Notes: generated by a model not told the origin, from the letters alone. Positions 1-10,367 are shown, counted from the stretch's first letter. The stretch: DNA of 54,469 bases from Burkholderiaceae bacterium (GCA_044370795.1 JBILUW010000001.1:1-54469), one strand, 5' to 3'. Program-made: numbers and translations.

Positions 1-1
1 C

Positions 2-313
2 GAGGCCAGAGTCGTCGCGGCCCGCCAGGACATCGCGTCGATCATGCAGGCGCTCAAGCTCTATCGCCTCGACAACCAGCGTTATCCCAGCACCGAACAG
101 GGCTTGCAGGCGCTGGTCTCGCGCCCCGCATCGGGGCCGGCGGCGGCCAACTGGAAGGCCTATCTCGATCGGCTGCCAGTCGATCCCTGGGGCAAGCCCT
201 ATCAGTATCTGAACCCCGGCCTCAAGGGCGAGATCGACGTGTTCAGTTTCGGTGCCGACGGAGCCCCTGGCGGCACGGGCACCGATGCCGACATCGGTTC
301 CTGGTCGCTCTAG
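2..313 (+). CDS. gspG: Type II secretion major pseudopilin GspG (5'-truncated by window edge)
   Basis: Open frame from base 2 (EARVVAARQDIASIMQALKLYRLDNQRYPSTEQGLQAL...DPWGKPYQYLNPG...GADG...DADIGSW), the typical GspG C-terminal motifs. Confidence 0.95.
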   Translation, partial: EARVVAARQDIASIMQALKLYRLDNQRYPSTEQGLQALVSRPASGPAAANWKAYLDRLPVDPWGKPYQYLNPGLKGEIDVFSFGADGAPGGTGTDADIGSWSL

Positions 314-794
314 CGCCCGGCCGCGCGCCTGCGGCACGTGCCCGGGCCGGCCCAGCGGCCGGGGCTTCACGCTCGTCGAACTGCTGGTCACGCTGGCCGT
401 GATCGCGGTCATGGCAGCCCTGCTCAGCGCCAACCTGATGCCCGACGCGCGCCGGCAGCTGCGCTTCGATGCCGAGCGTCTGGCGCTGCTGCTGGCGGCC
501 GCGCGCGAGGAGGCTCAGGTTCGTGGCCGACCGGTGCGCTTCGTCGCGAACGAGAACGGCTACCGCTTTCTGGTGCTCGACGATCGACAGTGGCGTTCGC
601 TCGACGAGGCGCCGCTGGGCCAGCGGCTGTGGTCCGCGCCGACCCGGGTCGTGCTTGCGCGCAGCGATGGACGCGGTGAACTGGAGTTCGGTCGCGATCC
701 CGTGGACGTGCCCTTCGAGCTGGTGCTCGAGCGCGGCGCATCCCGGGTGGCGCTGGCCGCCAATGGTCTGGGCGTCTTCGAGGTCAGACCTTGA
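285..794 (+). CDS. gspH: T2SS minor pseudopilin GspH
   Basis: Prepilin cleavage motif GFTLVELLVTL; located after gspG. Start placed at ATG 285 (MPTSVPG) inside ORF 252..794. Confidence 0.88.
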   Translation: MPTSVPGRSSARPRACGTCPGRPSGRGFTLVELLVTLAVIAVMAALLSANLMPDARRQLRFDAERLALLLAAAREEAQVRGRPVRFVANENGYRFLVLDDRQWRSLDEAPLGQRLWSAPTRVVLARSDGRGELEFGRDPVDVPFELVLERGASRVALAANGLGVFEVRP

Positions 795-1156
795 GCGGCG
801 CGCGCGGCTTCACGCTGGTCGAGGTGCTCGTTGCCCTCGCCATCGTGGCAGTGGCCCTGATGGCCTCGCTGCGCGCCGCAGGTGCCCTGACCGAGTCGGC
901 GACGCAGCTGCGGCTGCGCACCCTGGCTCAGTGGAGCGCCGAGAACCGGCTCGCGCGTATCCGCATCGAGGCCGAGTGGCCCGCGCCGGGCCGACGCTCG
1001 ATCGGCTGCCCGCAGGCCGGTGTCGAGCTGATATGCGACGAGGAGGTCTTTCAGACTCCCAATGCCTTTTTCAGGCGGGTCGAGATCTCGGTGTTCGATG
1101 CCGATCGCCAGCGCCGGCTAGCGCGCCTCACGGGCTTTGCCACGAGCGTGCCGTGA
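791..1156 (+). CDS. gspI: T2SS minor pseudopilin GspI
   Basis: GFTLVEVLVALAIVAVAL; LAQWSAENRL; TPNAFFRRVEISV; 4-bp overlap with gspH. Confidence 0.93.
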   Translation: MSGARGFTLVEVLVALAIVAVALMASLRAAGALTESATQLRLRTLAQWSAENRLARIRIEAEWPAPGRRSIGCPQAGVELICDEEVFQTPNAFFRRVEISVFDADRQRRLARLTGFATSVP

Positions 1157-1800
1157 GTCGCCTGCCCCTGGCGCGACCCTCCGGCAGGCCGCGGGGTTTC
1201 ACCCTGCTCGAGGTGCTGGTCGCCATGGCGTTGCTCGCCGTGCTCGCGACGCTGTCCTGGCGCGGGCTCGATGCCGTGCTGCGCGCTCGCGAGGCGCTGG
1301 TCGATGCCTCCGACGATCTCAACGCGATTTCCCTGGGGTTCTCCCAGCTCGAGGAGGACCTGCGCCGCTCATGGTCGGCGCGGCTGCGCAACCTCGGCAC
1401 GCCCGCGCTGGGGTTTGCGCCGGCGGCCGCGCCCGGCAGCGCGCCCAGCCTGCTGCTGGCGCGCGAGGCTTCGGCCGGGGCCTCGGCGGGCTCGCTGCAA
1501 CGCATCGTCTGGCGCCTGCGCGTGGGGCGCCTCGAGCGCGGTTTCGCGGCCTGGAGCGGACCGCCGGCCGAGGGGGGGGCCGGCCCTCAGTGGACCTGGC
1601 AGCCGCTGGCCGGCAACCTCGGCGGCCTGGAGATGCGCGGCTTCGTGGCCGGCTCGGGGTGGGTGAATGCAGCGGGGCTTGCCGCCGGCGGTCCGACCAC
1701 CCCCGGCACGGGCACCCAGCCGCCCATCACCGGGGTGGAGGTCACGGTGGTGCGTGGCGATGGCGCGCGTGTCGTGCGGGTCTTTTCGGTGCGCGACTGA
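1153..1800 (+). CDS. gspJ: T2SS minor pseudopilin GspJ
   Basis: GFTLLEVLVAMALLAVLATLSWRGLD motif in the C-terminal half of ORF 469..1800; the GTG at 1153 overlaps the gspI stop. Confidence 0.88.
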   Translation: MSRLPLARPSGRPRGFTLLEVLVAMALLAVLATLSWRGLDAVLRAREALVDASDDLNAISLGFSQLEEDLRRSWSARLRNLGTPALGFAPAAAPGSAPSLLLAREASAGASAGSLQRIVWRLRVGRLERGFAAWSGPPAEGGAGPQWTWQPLAGNLGGLEMRGFVAGSGWVNAAGLAAGGPTTPGTGTQPPITGVEVTVVRGDGARVVRVFSVRD

Positions 1801-1801
1801 C

Positions 1802-2749
1802 ATGCGCGCCGCCGCGACGAAGCAGACCGGTGCGGCTGTGGTCACGGCGATGCTGGTGGTCGCCCTGGCGACGAGCGTGGTGGTCACGCTGTTCGTGCGC
1901 GAGAGCGTGGCGATGCGATCGATCGAGAACAGGCTCGCGCTGTCGCAGACGCGCTGGATCGAGCGCGCCGCGGTCGACTGGGCCAAGGTCATCCTGCGCT
2001 CCGATGCGGCGACCGGCACCATCGACCATCTCGGCGAGCCCTGGGCGGTGCCCGTGGCCGAGACCCGCCTCGACGAGACCGTGACCGCCGGGGCGCGTAT
2101 CGGCGATCAGCGCCGGCCCGCAACCCTTTCCGGACAACTCGTCGATGCGCAGAGCCGGCTCAACCTCGCTGCCCTGGTGCAGTCCGGACAACCCTCCGCG
2201 CTGCATCTGACCGCGGCGCGGCGTCTGTTTGTGCTGCTCGATCTTCCCGAAAGTCTGGCCGACGCGGTCGCGCAGCGGCTCACGCGCTCGCAGCCGCGCA
2301 GCGTCGACGGGCGTGCTGTGCCTGCCGAGCAGCCGCCGCTCATCCGGCTTGCCGAACTCGTCTCGGTGCCTGGCTTCGACGCCGCGATCGTCGAACGCAT
2401 CGAGCCGTTCATGACCATCGTTCCGCAGTTGCCCGAGTCGCCGGCAGCCACGCAGGTCAATCTGAACACGGCCCCCGCCGAGGTTCTGGCCGCGATCGTC
2501 CCCGACATGGATCTGGCCGCGGCCAGACGCTTCGTCGAGCGCCGCCGCGAAACGTTCTTTCGCGACCTCGACGACGCGGCGCAGCGCATCGACGGCCGGC
2601 CGGTTCTGCCGCAGGCCATGCTCGGGGTGGGCAGCGCCTATTTCCTGCTGCGCGGGGTGATACGCTTCGACCGCGTCGAGGTCGCCAGCGAAACGCTGCT
2701 GTCGCGAGGCTCGGGCAGGATCGACATCGTATGGCAGCAGCGGCTCTGA
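1802..2749 (+). CDS. gspK: T2SS minor pseudopilin GspK
   Basis: QTGAAVVTAMLVV N-terminus; DHLGEPWA; DAQSRLNL; VNLNTAPAEVLAA. Confidence 0.92.
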   Translation: MRAAATKQTGAAVVTAMLVVALATSVVVTLFVRESVAMRSIENRLALSQTRWIERAAVDWAKVILRSDAATGTIDHLGEPWAVPVAETRLDETVTAGARIGDQRRPATLSGQLVDAQSRLNLAALVQSGQPSALHLTAARRLFVLLDLPESLADAVAQRLTRSQPRSVDGRAVPAEQPPLIRLAELVSVPGFDAAIVERIEPFMTIVPQLPESPAATQVNLNTAPAEVLAAIVPDMDLAAARRFVERRRETFFRDLDDAAQRIDGRPVLPQAMLGVGSAYFLLRGVIRFDRVEVASETLLSRGSGRIDIVWQQRL

Positions 2750-3975
2750 GACACGGCATCGTCTGGCTCGCCCCCCGATCGGCGGGCGAGCGCGCGCTCG
2801 TCACCGAGCCGCTGCCCGCCGTTTGTCCGCCAGGTCAGCAGGCGGCCGCGCTGCGCCCCGAGCGCGCCAGCCTCGAGGCCCTGCCCAGAATGCGCACGGT
2901 GGCGCTGGTCTTCGATGCCCGCGACGTCACCCTGCTGCGCGCACGGCTGCCCGCGATATCGGGAGCCCGGCTCGCTCGGGCGCTGCCCAATCTGCTCGAA
3001 GACCGCCTGCTCCAGGATGCGAACGGGTGCGCGTTCGCGCTGGGGCCGGTGCTGCCCGATGGCGAGCGCATCGTCGCCGTCATCGACCGTGGCTGGCTGG
3101 AGTTCGCCTGTGGCGCCTTCGAGCGTCGAGGCCTCAAGGTGGTGGCAGCGTGGCCGGCGCAACTGACCCTCCCGATGGATTCCGGCGCCGAGGCGATGCT
3201 GGCATGCGTCGGCGATTCGGTCGTGGCGCGTCGCGGGCCTTTCGATGCCCTTGGATGGAATGCCGGCGCCGAGGCCGGCGATCGGCTCGAATCGCTGCTG
3301 GGCATGCTGCCGCTGCTGCAGCCCGGGGGGAAGCCGTCCGCGGTCGTCGCCCGCGTCGCCGACGCGTCGTGGCAGGGCTGCATCGACGATGCGGCCGAGC
3401 GCCTCGGATGGACAATCTCGCTGCAGCCCTGGGCGATCGACGTCAACTGCCCGATCGACCTGCTGTCGGCGCGGCAGGGCGGTCCGGGCCGACGTCGCCT
3501 CGCGGCGATCGACTGGTCGGCGTGGCGGGTGCCGGCGGCCATCGCCGCGGCCGCGGGCGTGGTGGCCACGGCGGGTCTCAACCTGCACTGGCTGCAGCTC
3601 GAGCGTGAGCGCGACGCACTGCGGCAACGCATGGAGGCGACCTTTCGCGAGTCGTTTCCCCAGGCCCAGGTGGTCGTCGACCCGCTGCTGCAGATGCGCC
3701 GGCTGGTTGCCGATCAGCGAGCGCTTGCCGGGCGCAGCGCTCCCGACGACTTCCTCCCCCTGCTGGGGCGGCTGGCCATGGCGCTGGGCGCCGACGGGGT
3801 CGATGCGCTCGCGGCGATCGAATACCGCGATGCGCGCCTGAAGGTGCGCTGGCGCAACCCGGTTGCCGATCCCGCCGCGCGCGAGCGCCTGGCGGGAGCG
3901 GCTGCCCGGGCCGGGCTCAGCCTGCGGTTCGAGGCCGATGGCTCGGCCGTCATCGCCTTGACGGGGCAGGCCTGA
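2731..3975 (+). CDS. gspL: T2SS assembly platform protein GspL
   Basis: ALPNLLEDRLLQD cytoplasmic motif, a single TM segment, FRESFPQAQVVVDPLLQMRR periplasmic motif; gene order. Confidence 0.88.
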   Translation: MAAAALRHGIVWLAPRSAGERALVTEPLPAVCPPGQQAAALRPERASLEALPRMRTVALVFDARDVTLLRARLPAISGARLARALPNLLEDRLLQDANGCAFALGPVLPDGERIVAVIDRGWLEFACGAFERRGLKVVAAWPAQLTLPMDSGAEAMLACVGDSVVARRGPFDALGWNAGAEAGDRLESLLGMLPLLQPGGKPSAVVARVADASWQGCIDDAAERLGWTISLQPWAIDVNCPIDLLSARQGGPGRRRLAAIDWSAWRVPAAIAAAAGVVATAGLNLHWLQLERERDALRQRMEATFRESFPQAQVVVDPLLQMRRLVADQRALAGRSAPDDFLPLLGRLAMALGADGVDALAAIEYRDARLKVRWRNPVADPAARERLAGAAARAGLSLRFEADGSAVIALTGQA

Positions 3976-3976
3976 G

Positions 3977-4480
3977 ATGGAGCGCCTGATCGCCTCATGG
4001 CGCTCGATGTCGCCGCGCGAGCGCCGGCTCGTTGGCATCGCCGGAATGCTGGTGCTGGTCACGGCAGGTTTTCTGCTGTTGCTCGAGCCGGCATGGCGAT
4101 CGCGTGCCGTCCTCGAACGCGATCTGCCCGTGCTGCGCGATCAGCTCGCCCAGATGCTCGCCCTGCAGGACGAACTGCGGCAGGCCGGCACCGAAGGCGC
4201 CGCCCGGCCCGCGGGCGGCAACGCTGCGTCGCGGGTCGCGCTGCTCGAGCAGTCGGTGCGCAGTGCGGGTTTGAGCGAGGCCTTGCGCAAGCTCGAGGTC
4301 AACGGCGAGCTCATCGAGTTGCGCTTCGCCGGAGCCCCCCACGAACGCTGGTTCGCATGGCTGCCGGCCGCGCTGGGCGAGACCCGCATGCGGATCATCG
4401 ACCTGGCGATCGCTCGCGAAACCGCGCCGGGGCAGGTCAGTGCCCGCCTCGTGCTCGAGGCCGCGCGCGCCGCACGATGA
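3977..4480 (+). CDS. gspM: T2SS protein GspM
   Basis: WRSMSPRERRLV N-terminus followed by a TM segment and coiled coil; follows gspL. Confidence 0.88.
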   Translation: MERLIASWRSMSPRERRLVGIAGMLVLVTAGFLLLLEPAWRSRAVLERDLPVLRDQLAQMLALQDELRQAGTEGAARPAGGNAASRVALLEQSVRSAGLSEALRKLEVNGELIELRFAGAPHERWFAWLPAALGETRMRIIDLAIARETAPGQVSARLVLEAARAAR

Positions 4481-4541
4481 TCCTGCCGCCACAACCAGGG
4501 TCATCGGGTAGCGAGTGGGCCGCGCGATCGCGGTCTGGCCG

Positions 4542-5333
4542 ATGAGCGCCGCGCGCATGCCGGGGCTGCGCCTGCTGCTGCTCGTCGCTGCGCTCCTCGC
4601 GGGAGCGCTGGTCGCGGTGGTGGCCACGCTTCCGGTGCGCCATCTCGATCCGCTCGTCGAATCTCTGTCCTACGGTCGCGTCCGGCTGGTCGACGCCCAG
4701 GGCAGCTGGTGGCGAGGGCAGGCGCGAGTCGTGCTGCTCGACGGCTCGCCGCAGGCCCGCGTCGAGCGCGGCCTGGCCTTGCCGGCCGCACTGGGTTGGG
4801 AGATCCGGCTGGGGCGGTTGCTGCTCGGCGAGCTTGCCGGCGTGATGAAGTTGCCCGGGCATGAGTCTCCCGTTGCCTTCGAGATAAGGGCCGACGGGTG
4901 GTCGGTGGGACCGGGGCGCGTCGCGCTGGCGCGCATCGATCTCTCGGCGCTCGGGTCACCCTGGAATACCATCCGCCCGTCGGCCTCGCCCGTGCTCGGC
5001 TGGGAGGCCGTCGCGTGGCGGCGAGGTCAGGCGGCGCCGTCCGGTCGGGTCACGCTCGAACTGCGCGAAGTGGCCTCGGCGATGACGCCGGTGCGTCCGC
5101 TGGGCGACTACCGCGTCGAGATCCGCGCGGCCGATGCGGGCGCGGTGGTCGAACTGACCACCCAGAGCGGCAGCCTCAGGCTGGCGGGGGCGGGGCGCTG
5201 GGATCCGCGCTCGGGGCTCCGGATGCAGGCCGAAGCCTGGGGAGAGGGCGAGGATCATGCGAGACTGCAGCCGCTGCTCGCCTTGATCGGGCAGCGACAG
5301 GGTGAGCGGACCTTGATCAGGATCGGAGGGTAG
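4542..5333 (+). CDS. gspN: T2SS protein GspN
   Basis: N-terminal TM segment; RLVDAQGSWWRGQA; LGSPWNTIRP; PVRPLGDY. Start uncertain (4515, 4542 or 4557). Confidence 0.85.
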   Translation: MSAARMPGLRLLLLVAALLAGALVAVVATLPVRHLDPLVESLSYGRVRLVDAQGSWWRGQARVVLLDGSPQARVERGLALPAALGWEIRLGRLLLGELAGVMKLPGHESPVAFEIRADGWSVGPGRVALARIDLSALGSPWNTIRPSASPVLGWEAVAWRRGQAAPSGRVTLELREVASAMTPVRPLGDYRVEIRAADAGAVVELTTQSGSLRLAGAGRWDPRSGLRMQAEAWGEGEDHARLQPLLALIGQRQGERTLIRIGG

Positions 5334-5337
5334 GCGA

Positions 5338-7707
5338 TTGCTCGGTGACCAGCGAAGTAAAGCCGCAGGCGTCGGCGCGGCGGACGTCCGGCCGCTGGCG
5401 GCGGTGCCGTGGGTGGGCATGCTGCTGCTCGCGACCGTGCTGTGTCGTCCGGCGCTCGCCGCGGGTCCGGCATCGCCGCCCGCCAGTCCGCAGCCGGCGC
5501 CGGCCGCCACCGCTGTGCCAGCTGCACCGGCCTCGTCGGCTGGCACGGCGGCTGCGGGCGCCGGCGTGGTGCTCAACTTCCGTGATGCCGACATCGAGGT
5601 CGTGGTGGCGGCGTTCTCGCACCTGCTCAACCGGCCGTTCGTGATCGATCCGCGCGTGCGCGGCAAGATGACTCTCGAGATGCCCAGGCCGGTGTCGCGG
5701 GCGCAGGCGCTGCAGCTGCTGCAGACCCAGCTGCGTCTGCAGGGCTTTGCGATCGTCGATACCGGACAGATCGCCCGGGTGGTGCCGGAGGCCGATGCCA
5801 AGCTGCAGTCGGGGCCGGTGGGAACCTCGCGCAGCGAGCTGCCGGGAGGCGAGCAGATCGTCACCCAGATCTTCCGCCTGAGCTACGAGTCGGCGTCCAA
5901 TCTGGTGCCCGTGCTGCGGCCCCTGATCACGGCCAACAACACCATCAATGCCTTCCCCAGCAACAACTCGCTGGTGGTCACCGACTACGCCTCGAACCTC
6001 GAGCGCATCGCGAAGATCATCGCTGCCCTCGACAGCCCTGTCAGCGGCGAGTTCGAGGTCGTCGCGCTGCGTCACGCGCTGGCTGGCGACGTGGCCGCCG
6101 CGGTCACGAGGCTGCTCGACGACGCGTTGCGCGGCGGCGCTGCGGTCGCGGTCGATCCCGGGCAGCGGGTCACGGTGCTCGCCGATCCCCGCACCAATGC
6201 ACTGACCGTGCGCGCGGCCAGCCCCGCCAGGCTCAACCTGGCGCGCAGCCTGATCGCGCGGCTCGATCAGCCCAGCGAGCAGCCGGGCAACATCCACGTC
6301 GTGTACCTTCGCAACGCCGAGGCCGTGCGGCTGGCCCAGGTGCTGCGTGCGGTGGTAGCAGGCGACTCCGGCGCGCAGGGCGCGCCGGGCACCCTGGGGC
6401 AGGGCGTGGCCACGCTGACGCAGGGCACGTCGCTGCAGGCCGGCGGCGGCACGCTCGGCCAGGCGGCGGGCGCCGGGGCGGCCGGTCAGGCAACGGCCGG
6501 CAACGCGCCTCTGGCGCCCTCGTCGAGCACGTCGGCGCCGGTGGCGCTGAGCGCCGGCGGCGTCATCATCGCCGCCGACCCGGCCACTAATTCGCTGATC
6601 ATCACCGCGCCCGGGCCGGTCTTTCGCAACCTGCGCTCGGTCATCGACCGGCTCGACTCGCGCCGGATGCAGGTCTACATCGAGTCGCTGATCGTCGAGG
6701 TGTCGGCCGAGCGGGCTGCCGAGCTCGGCATCCAGTGGCAGTTCCTCTCCCAGAGCTCGGGCGGCGGCAGCAGCGTGATCGGCGGCACCAACCTGCCGGC
6801 GCGCAACAGCGGCGGCAACATCCTCGATGCGACCGCCAACGTCCTGTCGCTGGGGCAAGGTCTGAACGTCGGTCTGCTGCGCAGCGGCGCCATCGTCGGC
6901 ACGGCCACGGCCAGCGGCTCGATCGCGCCGGTCAACCTCGGGCTGCTGGCGCGGGCCCTCGAGAGCAACGCCAACGCCAACATCCTGGCCACGCCCAATC
7001 TGCTCACCCTCGACAACGAGGAGGCGCGGATCATCATCGGCCAGAACGTGCCCTTCATCACCGGCCAGTTCACGGCCACCGGAACCGGCGGGGGGGCGGT
7101 CAACCCCTTCCAGACGATCGAACGTCGCGACGTCGGCACCACGCTGCGGGTCAGGCCGCAGGTCTCCGAGGCCGGGACGGTCAGGCTCCAGATCTTCCAG
7201 GAGGTCTCCAACGTCCAGGACCGCTCGCTGTCGGCCGGCCTGATCACCAACCGGCGCGCGATCGAATCGAACGTGCTCGTGGACGACGGATCGGTCGTGG
7301 TGCTGGGCGGGCTGATCGAGGAGCGGATCGAGGGCGGCGCGCAGAAGGTGCCGGGCCTGGGCGACGTGCCGGTGATCGGCCAGCTGTTCCGCTACGACTC
7401 GCGCAAGCGGGTGAAGACGAATCTGCTCGTGTTCCTGCGACCCGTGATCGTGCGTGACCAGGCTGGCGCGCAGAACCTGAGCCTCGATCGCTACGATTAC
7501 ATCCGCGGCCTGCAGAACGATTCACGCCTGCCGCCGCACTGGCTGCTGCCCGACTTCCCGCCGTCGGACCTGCCGCAGGTGCCGCGGCCCGCCGGCTCGC
7601 CCGCCCGCCCCGACGCCTCGCGCGGACCAGCCAGCCTGTCGCCCGACATCGACGCGTCCACGCGCCGGCCGGTTGCGCCCTCGCCAACGCCACCGCGCGC
7701 GCCCTGA
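5338..7707 (+). CDS. gspD: T2SS secretin GspD
   Basis: LNFRDADIEVV N0 domain; QVYIESLIVEV; ATPNLLTLDNEEARIIIGQNVPF; KVPGLGDVPVIGQLFRY secretin motifs. Start uncertain. Confidence 0.96.
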   Translation: MLGDQRSKAAGVGAADVRPLAAVPWVGMLLLATVLCRPALAAGPASPPASPQPAPAATAVPAAPASSAGTAAAGAGVVLNFRDADIEVVVAAFSHLLNRPFVIDPRVRGKMTLEMPRPVSRAQALQLLQTQLRLQGFAIVDTGQIARVVPEADAKLQSGPVGTSRSELPGGEQIVTQIFRLSYESASNLVPVLRPLITANNTINAFPSNNSLVVTDYASNLERIAKIIAALDSPVSGEFEVVALRHALAGDVAAAVTRLLDDALRGGAAVAVDPGQRVTVLADPRTNALTVRAASPARLNLARSLIARLDQPSEQPGNIHVVYLRNAEAVRLAQVLRAVVAGDSGAQGAPGTLGQGVATLTQGTSLQAGGGTLGQAAGAGAAGQATAGNAPLAPSSSTSAPVALSAGGVIIAADPATNSLIITAPGPVFRNLRSVIDRLDSRRMQVYIESLIVEVSAERAAELGIQWQFLSQSSGGGSSVIGGTNLPARNSGGNILDATANVLSLGQGLNVGLLRSGAIVGTATASGSIAPVNLGLLARALESNANANILATPNLLTLDNEEARIIIGQNVPFITGQFTATGTGGGAVNPFQTIERRDVGTTLRVRPQVSEAGTVRLQIFQEVSNVQDRSLSAGLITNRRAIESNVLVDDGSVVVLGGLIEERIEGGAQKVPGLGDVPVIGQLFRYDSRKRVKTNLLVFLRPVIVRDQAGAQNLSLDRYDYIRGLQNDSRLPPHWLLPDFPPSDLPQVPRPAGSPARPDASRGPASLSPDIDASTRRPVAPSPTPPRAP

Positions 7708-7719
7708 ACGCGAACGCCC

Positions 7720-9159
7720 TTGGCCACCGTCTCTCCCGCCCGTTTCGTGCCGTACGCGTTCGCGCGGCAGTTCGGCGTGCTGGTGGCCGCGCAGCAGGGC
7801 GACGCGCTCGAGATCTGGGTGGGCCCGGCAACGCCGCCGGCGGCGATCGCCGAGCTCGCCCGGGTGCTGCCGCACCGGCTGGTGGCGGTGCGCAAGGACG
7901 ACACCGAGCTTGCCGCCGCGATATCGCGGGCCTACGCGCAGCAGGAAGGGTCGGCCGCCTCGGTCGTCGACGAGGTCGAGAGCGACCTTGATCTGTCGCG
8001 GCTGCTGCAGGATCTGCCGCGCATCGAGGATCTGCTCGAGACCGAGGATGACGCGCCGATCATCCGCATGATCAACGCGCTGCTCACGCAGGCTAGCCGC
8101 GACGGCGCCTCCGACATCCACGTCGAGCCTTTCGAGGGCTACTCGATCGTCCGCTTCCGGATCGATGGCACGCTGCGCGATATCGTGCGTCCGCGGCGCG
8201 AACTGCACGCCGCGCTGGTCTCGCGCATCAAGATCCTCGCGCAGCTCGATATCGCCGAGAAGCGCCTGCCCCAGGACGGGCGCATCGCCCTGCGCATCGG
8301 GGGCCGCCCGATCGACGTGCGCGTTTCCACGCTGCCCACGGGCCATGGCGAGCGCGCGGTGCTGCGCCTGCTCGACAAGGAGGCGGGGCGGCTCGACCTG
8401 GGCAGGCTGGGCATGGGCCAGGTCACGCTTGGCTCCTTCGACCGCCTGGTGCGCCAGCCCCACGGCATCGTGCTGGTTACCGGGCCCACCGGCTCGGGCA
8501 AGACCACCACGCTCTATTCGGCGCTCGGGCGGCTCGACGCCAGCACGACCAACATCCTCACCGTCGAGGATCCGATCGAGTACGACCTCGACGGCATCGG
8601 CCAGACGCAGGTCAACCCGCGCATCGACATGAGCTTCGCGCGGGCCCTGCGCTCGATCCTGCGGCAGGATCCCGACGTCATCATGATCGGCGAGATCCGC
8701 GACCTCGAAACCGCGCAGATCGCCGTCCAGGCGTCGCTCACAGGCCACCTCGTGCTGGCCACCCTGCACACCAACGACGCGGTGTCGGCCGTCACCCGAC
8801 TCATCGACATGGGGGTCGAGCCCTTCCTGCTGTCGTCGTCGCTGCTGGGTGTGGTCGCGCAGCGGCTGGTGCGCCGGTTGTGCCTGCAGTGCCGTCAGCC
8901 CGACCCGGTCGCGGGCGGCTGGCGGTCGGTCGGTTGCCTCGCCTGCGGGCGCACCGGCTTTGCCGGGCGCACCGGCGTCTACGAGCTGCTGACCGTGGAC
9001 GACACCATCCGCAGCCTCATCCACCGCAACGCGCCGCAGGCCGAACTGCTCGCGGCCGCCGTCGCCGCCGGCATGCTCACGATGCGCGAGGATGGTCGGC
9101 GCTGGGTCGAGTCCGGCGTCACCTCGCTCGACGAGGTCGTGCGCGTCACCCGCGACTGA
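7720..9159 (+). CDS. gspE: T2SS ATPase GspE
   Basis: ASDIHVEP; Walker A GPTGSGKTTT; EDPIEY; RQDPDVIMIGEIRD; TGHLVLATLHTN; tetracysteine motif. Confidence 0.97.
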   Translation: MATVSPARFVPYAFARQFGVLVAAQQGDALEIWVGPATPPAAIAELARVLPHRLVAVRKDDTELAAAISRAYAQQEGSAASVVDEVESDLDLSRLLQDLPRIEDLLETEDDAPIIRMINALLTQASRDGASDIHVEPFEGYSIVRFRIDGTLRDIVRPRRELHAALVSRIKILAQLDIAEKRLPQDGRIALRIGGRPIDVRVSTLPTGHGERAVLRLLDKEAGRLDLGRLGMGQVTLGSFDRLVRQPHGIVLVTGPTGSGKTTTLYSALGRLDASTTNILTVEDPIEYDLDGIGQTQVNPRIDMSFARALRSILRQDPDVIMIGEIRDLETAQIAVQASLTGHLVLATLHTNDAVSAVTRLIDMGVEPFLLSSSLLGVVAQRLVRRLCLQCRQPDPVAGGWRSVGCLACGRTGFAGRTGVYELLTVDDTIRSLIHRNAPQAELLAAAVAAGMLTMREDGRRWVESGVTSLDEVVRVTRD

Positions 9160-10367
9160 TGGCCGCCTTCCGCTTCGAGGCCGTCGATCAGGCCGGCGTC
9201 ACCGATCGCGGGGTGATCGATGCCGAGTCGGCGCGTCACGCGCGCGGGCTGCTGCGCGAGCGCGGCCTGGTGCCGCTCGAGGTCGTGCCGCTGGCTGCGG
9301 GCGCGCAGCAGGGGCCCGCGGTCTCGGGGGGGAGGCTGCGCGCCACGCAGCTCTCGGTGGCGACTCGGCAGCTGGCAAGCCTGCTGGCGGCCGGCCTGCC
9401 CCTCGAGCAGGCGCTGGCGGCGGTCGTCGAGCAGGCCGACCGGCCCAATGTGCGCGACCGTTTCGCGGCGGTGCGCGGCGAGGTGGTTGCCGGCCAGACC
9501 TTCAGCCAGGCGCTCGAGCGTTTCCCGCGCGATTTTCCGGAGGTCTACCGGGCGCTGGTCGGCGCCGGCGAGGCCTCGGGCGATCTCGCTGGCGTGATGA
9601 CGCGGCTGGCCGACCATGTCGAATCGCGCACCGCGCTGGCGCAGCGCGTGGGGCTCGCCTTCGTCTATCCGCTGATCGTCACGCTGGTGGCCATGGGCGT
9701 GATCGCCGCGCTGCTTGCCTATGTGGTGCCGCAGGTGGTCGGGGTCTTCGCCCAGACCCGCCAGCAACTGCCGCTGCTCACCGTGGTGCTGATCGCGGTT
9801 TCCGACGCGCTGCGGTACTGGGGCTGGACGCTGGTGCCGGCGGGGATGCTTGCCGGCTTCGGGGCGCGCGCCGCGCTGCGCTCGCCCTCGGTGCGCCTGG
9901 CCTGGGATGCCAGGCTGCTCGGGCTGCCGCTGATCGGCCGGCTCGTCCATGGCGTGCAGACCGCGCGATTCGCATCGACGCTGGCCATCCTCACCTCCAG
10001 CGGCGTGCCGCTGATCCGCGCCCTCGAGGCTGGCGCGCGCACGCTGTCGAACGCGGCCATGCGCGCCAATGTCGACGACGCGATGGCGCGGGTACGCGAG
10101 GGGGCGTCGCTGTCGCGGGCGCTGGCCGCGGGCGGGCGCTTTCCGCCCATGCTGCTGCATCTGATCGCCAGCGGCGAGGCGACCGGCCGGCTTGCCGAAA
10201 TGCTCGAGCGCGCCGCGGCCACGCTGGGCTCCGAGACCGAGCGGCGGGCGCTCGCGCTCACCACGGTGCTCGAGCCGCTGCTCATCCTGGTGATGGGCGC
10301 GATCGTCCTGCTGATCGTCCTGGCGGTGCTGTTGCCCATCATCGAGATCAACCAGCTGGTGCGCTAG
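9159..10367 (+). CDS. gspF: T2SS inner membrane platform protein GspF
   Basis: MAAFRFEAVD start overlaps the gspE stop; TRQLASLLAAGLPL; GEASGDL; GEATGRLAEML; LEPLLILVMG. Confidence 0.96.
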   Translation: MAAFRFEAVDQAGVTDRGVIDAESARHARGLLRERGLVPLEVVPLAAGAQQGPAVSGGRLRATQLSVATRQLASLLAAGLPLEQALAAVVEQADRPNVRDRFAAVRGEVVAGQTFSQALERFPRDFPEVYRALVGAGEASGDLAGVMTRLADHVESRTALAQRVGLAFVYPLIVTLVAMGVIAALLAYVVPQVVGVFAQTRQQLPLLTVVLIAVSDALRYWGWTLVPAGMLAGFGARAALRSPSVRLAWDARLLGLPLIGRLVHGVQTARFASTLAILTSSGVPLIRALEAGARTLSNAAMRANVDDAMARVREGASLSRALAAGGRFPPMLLHLIASGEATGRLAEMLERAAATLGSETERRALALTTVLEPLLILVMGAIVLLIVLAVLLPIIEINQLVR

